This document shows, piece after piece, positions 54,771 to 64,000 of a stretch of DNA of 64,000 nt. The stretch covers positions 4,092,001 to 4,156,000 of the forward strand of contig JAQFVV010000003.1 in the NCBI GenBank assembly GCA_028023455.1, written 5' to 3'. The position numbers and the translations under genes were made by a program. Under the pieces are notes generated by a model, which saw nothing but the letters and a program-made list of their open reading frames with translations, had not been told where the DNA came from and did no database searches. The stretch's first letter is position 1. Every line of letters starts with the position of its first letter. The stretch is from Epiperipatus broadwayi (lineage: Eukaryota; Animalia; Onychophora).

Positions 54771-55843
54771 ATCTATATAAATGTTCTATATGTTCCTTTT
54801 TTTAAATTTGGAAGAATATGTATATCTGCTTAGAATTTAGTCGTTTCATGTTTTAAAGAAGTTAAGAGTTTAGTTTTTACTTATGTTGAAATATCTGAGG
54901 ATGTGTCCGAGATAAATCAATCAGCAAAACAATCACTAAAATAAAATAATTGGTTAGTTTTTTTCACTGCTCTTGATGCACAATTCATATATTTAGCTAC
55001 TAGAACAATAAGTTACATAACTGCATTAAAGAATTCTTAATTCAAAAATCACTCACTAGATATCTAAATGCAATTGCCTTCATGATTATTTGGGGTGGGG
55101 GGGTGGGGTGATTTGAAACTGGATAATATTGATGACATATTTCAACACAAATATTTTTTTTTTTTAAAAAAAAAAATCAATATATGATAATGTAATAGAA
55201 CATGTAATTCAATTTTTTATTTAAAAATTAATGGGCGAACTTTCATGGAGAAAATATTACTGGTACACTTAAGTCTATTCCTTTGCAGTGCCTTTTTGTT
55301 TTTGATCATATATTTCTATCACATATTAGAAAAGAAATTACCTCACAGAAATTGTAAATTTCTGGATATAATTATTACCTAAGTACTCACATCAAGATCC
55401 CCTTTTTGGATATTCACCCAAAATTTTGGATATTCACCCAAAATCTACAATACAATTATGGTGTAAAAAGTCAAATTCTTATGACATCCCAAATAAATTT
55501 CTTTTTTCTGATCTTACAATAAAGTTATCTGGATTTGATTTTCTTAGTTACAACCAGTGTCTCATCAACAGATTCAGGAAAACCACGATTACTGTGCTCA
55601 CTTGTTTCATAAATAGAATTATCAATCACTGATCTTTGTAAATGTGTGCCAAATAAAGGTACAAACTGCATAGTTAATGTTTCCTGAAGGTTTGTGGTGA
55701 TGGTGTTTTAGTTGTATTTTTATATTGGACTATTTCCATCATCTAATATATGTATTGAATGTCTTTAGAAAAATTTAACTTTATTTAAATATTCCAAATA
55801 CATCCAACTATTAGTAATAGCATGTCAAACAGGTTAGTATTTG

Positions 55844-55886
55844 CACAACATTTCGAGAGGTATTATTCTCCCCTCTTCTTCAGGCG
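55844..55886 (-). ncRNA. Minimal type I hammerhead motif, core intact but stems I/III decayed
   Basis: CGC-CUGAAGA-A-GAGGGG AGAAUAAUA CCUCUC-GAAA-UG-UU-GUG. This fits an ancestral GAAACGUUGCG with two CpG-type transitions (inference). Confidence 0.6.
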
Positions 55887-55904
55887 TTACTGGTCTGACC
55901 AGTG

Positions 55905-55992
55905 ACAGTATTAGCATGGGATTCAAACCTGGGTCCTTAGATTCTTGATTATTGAATTTTAAGGTAACACTCTAACCAACAGCCATCCTGTC
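55905..55992 (-). mobile_element. tRNA-derived SINE-like fragment inside the PLE 3' UTR
   Basis: A-box-like TGGCTGTTGGTTAGA and B-box-like GGTTTGAATCCC on the minus strand. Confidence 0.45.
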
Positions 55993-58079
55993 AAAGGCAA
56001 CAGTCAGTAGAAACTTCATATACTTATCTATGAGATGTTCCTCCTGATTTCTCCACTTTTTTCTAAGAGCAAAGTTGATTAGTGGTTTCCATACATTATG
56101 TCAAAATTGGAAAAGAATAAAAATCCTTAACCATTGTCATGTGAGCAGCTTCTTTAAACTTTCTTCTTTGTACCTTTTCTTCTCTTACCCAATATTTTTG
56201 TATTTTCCCAATTGAACATATGTTCAGTGGTACATACAGGGTCTGCTACCTTAGTCACATCTGTTTTCTCTCTTCTAATCATCAGTTTATGTTTTTGTAA
56301 GTGCTTTTCAATGGGATGATTGGTCTCATCAATGTATGTTCTTCCACATTCACATGGTATTTCATAGTTGCAGTTTTTTCTTTTCAGCATTTCAAGTTTA
56401 GGGGTTTGTAGATTTCTTGTAGTGTAGTATGGCTCTGGAAAACTTCTGATGTTATACTGATTGCAGATTTTCCTTAATTTGTCTGCTATTTTTGGAATGT
56501 AAGGGTACACTACAGTACCAATAATTGTCTTTTCTCTTGATGGTTCTTTTTGTTGTCTATTTAACGTTTTATTAACAGCTGATGGATAACCATTTTTCAT
56601 AAGAATTCTAGTATAGATTTTTTCTTTTTCCAAATTGCTGGTTTCTGAACAAACTTCTTTTGCTCTGTTCCATAGTGATAGTATAACTTCATGTTTTGTG
56701 TTTCTGGTGTGACTGAATGTATAGGCTAGGTATTTCTAATTTTTATCTAGTGTTGATTTATTGTTTAGTTGTTGGGAGCAAAGGGTGGGAAGTTATGATC
56801 ACATCATTTCTGTGCTTATTGATTATAAAAAGCAGTATATTTGATAATTAGCTTCTTAATCAGCCAGGCTAGGCTCTTAACTAGCATTAATTACAAATCA
56901 GAATTTTATGTAAGATTTATTTTATTTGTTTAATTAAAAAAAAAAAGAAATCTGACAAATTTATTGCTTGTGAATTCATAAGTTTGAACATTGGAAGTGA
57001 GAGAACTGAAATCGAGCCTAAGATCTTGCTCTCCAAAGTCTGACTATATCATGCAAAGCATTTGCTTTATTTGAAAATGTAGTATAAAATATTTCTATAA
57101 GCACACATAATTATATACTCTTAAGCAAGTAGGAATTATAGCAGTTCTATATTTTATAAATCACCATAAGCGCTAAATATAAGTTATTTACTTTATTTGA
57201 AAGAGTCGTACAAAATTCATAATCATTAAGGCATCGCTTTTGCATAATTAGTACATACATATTTTTCATATATTTTTAAATTTCAATGTAATACATAGAA
57301 GTAAGTAAAATGTGGAGCTATTTCCATGTAATACTTAAAAACATGTTTAGCAGTGGTATAACTAGGAAACTTAATTACAATTGACAACCCTAAGGCTAAA
57401 CTACTTTACTCTAGTATCTCATAATAGTATTTTTGTCTTGAGTTTACTTAAGAACAAAAGATGCTATTTCCATGTAATAACTAGATATGTCTAATTAAAT
57501 TCAAGACGTAATTATTGTGTATTGAGTATTACTTAGGATTAATTGTCAAGAGTAATTGGTTTCCTAGCATCATCATTGTAAAACATGTAAGGAAATAACC
57601 CCTTACCTTGTTTACATCATAATAAAGTCATAAAAATATTTAAAAGTAATATATATATACATACACACTATATATCATTAAATCATTAGAATAGTGGTAG
57701 AATGACAGACACCAAAGCTATTAATATATATAATCACACCTCCCACTTTCATTCCCAATGCTCAAACTTTTTATGAATTACCAAGAAATAAACCAATTTT
57801 TTTATTTAATAATCAAAAAAAAAAATACTGTTATTGTAGCCAATTATTACAATTAACATTAAACCGTTTTTTTTTTTAAACATACTGTAATTCCTACAAT
57901 ATTACAATGACAACATGGAAAAGATAATATATCTAAGTGACAATAAATTATCTGGAATTACTGTTAGATGCAAGGCTTTGTATCTTGTCAGCAATAAGTT
58001 TTTAAAAAAAAAAAATTTTTAAACTAATTTCTAGTTACTGAATGTTAAGACTAAATTTAGCAATACTACTGTAGTTTAT

Positions 58080-58683
58080 AGTCAAAATAAGTCATAGATC
58101 AATTCATAGATCACATGACCCTATCTCTTAAGCTTGTAAATTATAAACAGTGAGGGTTGCCAATTCCTCTACAAGCTTTATGATAAATGCTTAGCCAGAG
58201 CCAGCTAAGCATTTATCATAAAGCTTGTAGAGGAATTGGCAACCCTCACTGTTTATAATTTACAAGCTTAAGAGATAGGGTCATGTGATCTATGAACTGA
58301 TCTATGACTCTTATTTTGACTATTTATAGTCTCTGCCAAAAGTCTTATGCAATTTTATATTGCTATGACTACTAATATATGGTATGGCTGAAGATCTATC
58401 AGCCCCATATAGCTATTTGAGTTGGATAGCTGGGTTTGAAGACATGTAGATGTCTGAAAATTTCAATTTTCCACTCAATAGATAACTTTTAGATAAGTGC
58501 TTGGCTTTGGGTTGGTATTTTTAGATCTAGTGTCTGAACCTACCCTGACACCTCTCTGAGTGCCAAAGCACGAAGCCATGGTCAGGGGTTTGGGGAAGGG
58601 TTCCTGACAGAGATATTTTAAGTGCTGGCTCTGGCTAAGCATTTATCATAAAGCTTGTAGAGGAATTGGCAATCCTCACTGTT
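58080..58683. mobile_element. PLE-like fold-back element (family U2) with 13-bp TSD
   Basis: Near-perfect hairpin arms ~58080-58195 and 58204-58321 (loop CAGAGCCA). A third, tail-less direct copy of the arm lies at ~58620-58683. TSD TACTGTAGTTTAT at 58067-58079 and 58684-58696. Confidence 0.85.
58551..58588 (+). ncRNA. Inactivated hammerhead-like motif
   Basis: CCUCU-CUGA[3-nt deletion]-GUGC CAAA GCAC-GAAG-CCAUGG-UC-AGGGG. Stems I and II, a palindromic stem III and a GUC site are present; the core is damaged. Confidence 0.5.
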
Positions 58684-60911
58684 TACTGTAGTTTATGTTT
58701 CACTTTTTTTTAATGAACCTTAACATGAGTATATAGGCACATACTCAAATGTGATTTAGTTGGGTAAAAATTTAATCATTTTCATTTTTTATAAATCCTA
58801 TCAATTGAATTAATTATGTATATAACAATCAACTATAAGTTTTATTGATTTGAAACCTAAAGCATCAAAGATATGATGGAAGAATATATATGCTTACTAA
58901 CATTTTCAAATAAGGAATTAAAATTTGCTCTATATAAATAAGATTCAAATGTATTTGCATCTGATTTTGTATTGTTATAGTTTACAATTCAAAATTGGCC
59001 ATTACATAAATCTTTTTTTTTGTAAGATTATTAGGTAGTGATTCAGTACTTTGATTTGTATATTATGCTTTAGCTTTTTAATAATAAATTCGTGCATTAA
59101 AAATAAAAATGCTCATGTAGAACATAAATTCCAATAATATTCAAAACCTTAAGTGTATTTTTGATGCAGATCACTCTTCAAAAGGCAAACACTTCATTGT
59201 TAATTATGGAAATTTAACAATATAATGTATGTATTTTATAGTGGATGTTTTGCATCAAATATTGATTTAAAGTTTTGAATTACAAGTATATTTGTAATTG
59301 ATCTGTATGAATATCATTTCTATTAATGCAAGAATTTTATTAGTTTAAAGAACTCGACTTGTACTGCTTTTTAATAATGTATACAATTTGATCGTAACAT
59401 GCACATTTAAATAATATGGTTTTATAAAAAATGAAATTATATATTTTTAAATAAAAAAATATCACACTATTGTTTATAATTTTTATAAATAATGTTATGT
59501 GTTTATTATTGACAGTATAAAGCTGCATATTTAATGCTTATATGTAAAGCAGTGATTTCCAACATGGAGCCCCCCCCCCCCATGTTGATTTTTTTAAAAA
59601 TAATTTGAGAATAAGTTACTAACAGTGCATTTTTTTGAGTTATTAACAATGAATTTGAAAGTCCACTAATTGTTCTTATATCTTATTATTTATAAATTAC
59701 GCTAAAAATGTTCTTTAAATTTCCCTCTTTCCACATTGTCTTCTCAGTGTTATTTCTATTTAGATAACTTACTTATCTCTCCATTGTTACTTTGAACAAG
59801 TTAAGTGGCTTGAAACTCCATTGTATTGCAACTATTCTTTCATTTAATGGAATTTTTAGGCTTCCTCCATGTGAATAAGAGTTCACTTTTTGAATAATTA
59901 TATCATGGATGGGGATGGGTGTCAGGATTTTGAAGATGCTTAGATAGGGCATGATCAAAAAAAGATTGGGAACCATGATATACAGATAACCTTTTGTCTA
60001 AACAAAAAAACCCCCCACTATCTGACATGTATTCAGTGCAAAAAAATAGATATAAGTCATTATGGCTTTCAGTTATTGTCTCCTACTTTTTGAACATCTC
60101 TTATGATGTATTATGTTTATTTTTTTATTTTATTTTTTTTCATTTTTAACATCATATCTAATATATAATATGCATCTGAATGGAAATTAGATTGGAGTAA
60201 AGTTGCTTTCAACTAAAGTAAATAGAATCTGTAGCTTAAGCATTGATTTTGCTCAAAATTCAAACATCATCATAAATGAAATTTTAATTTTTGTCTCTTA
60301 TTCTTTATTTAAAATAAATAGGTTTTTTTAAAATCTGAAGTAAATGTTTTGATATTCTAAATAAAAGTTTAAGAAAAATTTAGTTGTATTTTGTGCACAG
60401 TATACACAGCATAGGACTTTTTTTTTTTAATGTTTAATTATACATTTGAAATGTAAGAATGAATGCTGACTTTAATTTTCAGAAATATGTCAATATATAA
60501 GTTGATATTTTTTTTTTTGTGGTGGTGAGAATCTGGGCAATCTTTAGTGAAGAGCAAGATTACATTTAACAGTCTTTTGTCTACCTGTTGAAAGTCATAA
60601 ATATCCTAAGATTTCTAATTGAAACTAATATCTTTATGTAGATCTAATACTTAGCCAACTACTATTTAATGTCCACTGATTATTCAAGCTTATATTATAT
60701 GACTTTGGAGTAAAATAACTAGAGATAATTATTTCCAAAAGAATCTCAAAAGAAATGTCTATCACTTAATATTTATTAATTACTCAAACTTATAATATAT
60801 GGCTTTAGAATAAAATAAATAGAATTATTTCAAAAAGAATGTCAAAATAAAGCAATTGTACACAATTCATTGATATAGACATTTATATTTTGGAACATGG
60901 TGCATACTCAC

Positions 60912-61543
60912 TAAATATGTATTTGTTAACTTTATGTAAGTTAACATACTTAACATGTATATAATGTTTTTAAAATTTAGATAGTTTAAATACTTAGTTA
61001 TTTCAAATTGATTTTAAGAAGAATAAAATTGATTTCCTAGTTTAATGTTACTTTGATGTACTATATAGTTTACTTCATATGAGTCTAATTGAAGTTAAAC
61101 ACAAAATTACATTTTAACAAATATCTTTTAAAGGAATATCTTGACATATATTTAATTCTATATATATGCATGAATGTATTTATAAAATATTTCACAATTG
61201 AACATGGACTAATAATGAAATTTGTGATAAATATGTATTTGTTAACTTTATGTAAGTTAACATACTTAACATGTATATAATGTTTTTAAAATTTAGATAG
61301 TTTAAATACTTAGTTATTTCAAATTGATTTTAAGAAGAATAAAATTGATTTCCTAGTTTAATGTTACTTTGATGTACTATATAGTTTACTTCATATGAGT
61401 CTAATTGAAGTTAAACACAAAATTACATTTTAACAAATATCTTTTAAAGGAATATCTTGACATATATTTAATTCTATATATATGCATGAATGTATTTATA
61501 AAATATTTCACAATTGAACATGGACTAATAATGAAATTTGTGA
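60912..61543. repeat. Apparently perfect 316-bp tandem duplication
   Basis: 60912-61227 is repeated at 61228-61543 with no mismatch seen by eye. Confidence 0.9.
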
Positions 61544-64000
61544 TCTCATCCTAGAAAAAGTACTACATATTTCATTGCTAGTCGAAGTACTCCTCTTGGG
61601 AAGTTATTCATGTTGCCAGCACTTCACTCTTTAAAGTAATTTTGGAGCTCTTTCTGAACTGGGCATAAGAGCTATTATATTTTATACTTGATATTCTAAA
61701 TCTCATTTTTGGGTAAAGGAAAAAAAAAAACATTACGATCAAATCATATAAATAGGGAAGGGTGTTCCAAAACATTTGTTTACTGGCTAAAAACTCCGTC
61801 ACAGTGTTATGGAGTGAGTACATCATGTGAGTTGGTGGAGAAAAATTCAAACTGTTTTAGTCTTTTTCATGCAACATTTTCAGCACTTTTAAATAGTGAA
61901 CATGATCAACAGTTAGTTTAGTCGATACAAATTCATAATGAACAATCTTTTTGATATCAAAAAAGGTTAGCAACATTGTTTTGGATTTTGATTTGAACTA
62001 TTGAAACTTTTTCGTCACAGAGAATTGTCTGATTTATATTATAACTTAGTTTTGTTTCAGAATTATATTGATACATCTGTTTCATAACCAGAGATAAAAC
62101 AGCCCAAAACATTATATTGCCTCTCCAAATCATCTTAGCAAACTTTAACTCAGCTTTTGTTTATTGATGAATTGGGGGGGGGGGGGCATTTTAGCACGTT
62201 TCTCATGCCAAGATTTTCAGTTAAGATTTTTTTGTTTCTGTATCGATGTTTACTTTGTCTGCTATACTTCTCTCTGTCAGCTTATTATTTTGGCTCATAA
62301 TTTGATAAATTTTTACAAGGTTTTTGTCAATTTGATTGTTACTATCCTCATGTGCCTTCTTTAGTGACAGTTTTTTTTTTTAAAAAAATGTATAATCCAT
62401 TTGTATACTCTAATTTTCTTCATAATGTTAGTCTTATAAATGTGGACTAAATCTTGCCAAATTTAACAAGAAATTTAATGTTTGTTCATTGCTCTAATTC
62501 AAGTTGTAATATTCTCATGATGGCACACAAAACATATATAATAACAATAAAAAATGCTCAGCAAGACACCTCTACTTATCGATACAAGCAAATACCAAGA
62601 TTATGAAATTTTACGAAGTTGTTTGCACGGTGCTGCAAGTGCACAATGGCAGATTTGCACACTTAATTTTCTCGGCTCTCATAGGAATGTGTCATTAACT
62701 AATCTGTTGCTTTTATTGCAGAATATGAATGATTAAAAAAAAAAACTAAAAATTATTTTTCATTTTAAGTTTTGTGCAATATAAACAATGAAATAATATT
62801 TATATTTAAATCACTGTAAAAACAAAATTTTATGAAGACCTAGAATATATCTATACAAGTTTGCAGTAATATAGAAAAAGTATTTATATAGAATTATTTA
62901 AATAGTATTTTCTGTTAACATTGTGCTGCTTATGCGTCTTAATTCATGAAGACATGCCATTCAAAAGTATCTTCTTAAATAACTTGACATCTTGAAGTTT
63001 GTTTTTTCATTCTTTAGTCAGTTTAATGTACAATCACAGTATTTAGAGCTGTATTAAAAAAATTTATTAAGTTTTTTTTTTTTTTATTAGTAAAATACAA
63101 ATATATTATAAAATGTATCTAGAATATATCTAGCTTGTTACTGAAAACATTTAATTCAGTTATAAGTTTTGCTAGCCATACATGTTTTTTAAAACAAAAT
63201 TTACTTCAGATTTCATTTATATACACATAATTTATATAGGCATGTATGTATATTTTATGACTGAATTTTCATTGTTATTCTTATTGTTATTGATTAGTAG
63301 CAGTTAATATCAAGAAATAAAAGATCACATGTAAGTCTTCAGTATTATTAGTTAATAGCAGATTTTTTTTTTTATGTATAATAAATGCAGATTATTCACT
63401 GAATCTCAACTATTTGTGGTAAACATTCAGGTATGCCTAATTAATAATTATGATGTAAATACATTTAAACAGATATTTTAACGATATAATATGAAAATAA
63501 AAAGTAAAAATGCTTATCAAATGTATTTAAAAAAATTTTAGATATAAATTTTTATAAAATTTTTGCAATATCTGAACATTTTAGATAGCTAAATAACTGT
63601 GCTAGCCTTTTCCCCCCTTCCCACATTCTTCAGTTAATGATTTACTTCCGATTTATGCAAAGTGGGAGTATCTATTCCTTTATTGACAAGTGAAATTTAT
63701 TAAACACAAAATAATATATTCATTTGTGGAAGATATGCTTTAATACTGTACAGCAACAATAAGTTGTTTTTTTAAAAATAGAATCTCGATATCTGCTATA
63801 TTTTGTACATCTTACATCACATATAATAGCTCTTGTTTTGTTGATAAACTTTGATTAGAATAGAACACATATTGCTTAAGGAACTGCTTGCATACAATCT
63901 TTTTCAACATACCGTTATATATAACAGACACTTATATATAGTATACTCATAAAAATTGTAATATAAACACTTTTTTTAGAAATAATGTTATTAATTATAA

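Larger units (their letters stand above)
55800..56740 (-). mobile_element. Penelope-like element 3' fragment (RT thumb + GIY-YIG + 3' UTR with HHR)
   Basis: YLAYTFSH...VILSLWNRAKEVC upstream of ORF 56633-56154 (KNGYP, VVYPYIPKIADKLRKIC, NYEIPCECGRTYIDET, EHMFNWENTKIL), then KEA. An HHR lies downstream. Confidence 0.88.
26624..64000 (+). other. Probable large first intron of the FAM120 gene, continuing past the window
   Basis: GT donor at 26624. By eye I found no AG-preceded exon encoding the expected (G)NHIL... continuation. Confidence 0.55.

Noticed and set aside
55090-55112. G-rich tract with G-quadruplex potential
   Set aside because: An isolated homopolymer-type run with no supporting context.

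Overview
Very AT-rich eukaryotic DNA; an invertebrate, probably arthropod, origin is an inference from composition, the FAM120 sequence and the TE types. One host gene is clear: the first coding exon of a FAM120A/C-like gene (25906-26623, +). It lies in a CpG-richer promoter region and is followed by an apparent intron of more than 37 kb, because I found no next exon in the window. The rest is TE debris. There are two divergent L1/Tx1-like LINEs with a YMDD RT motif (one nested, with TSD and poly(A), in an RTE element), two decayed RTE LINEs, three Penelope-like (PLE) GIY-YIG remnants, hAT and Tc1/mariner-type MITEs, a 2-kb TGTAAC..GTTACA element with a 4-bp TSD, tRNA-like SINEs, satellites and LINE-tail microsatellites. 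The main signal is a dense set of PLE-type minimal hammerhead ribozyme (HHR) motifs. Two diverged PLE copies carry an HHR whose core reads AUGAAUA instead of CUGANGA, an apparent A3-U8 compensatory swap of the C3-G8 pair. Several ORF-less fold-back elements share a PLE-like inverted-arm plus tail architecture with 13-14 bp TSDs. All alignments and folds were done by eye; no searches were run.
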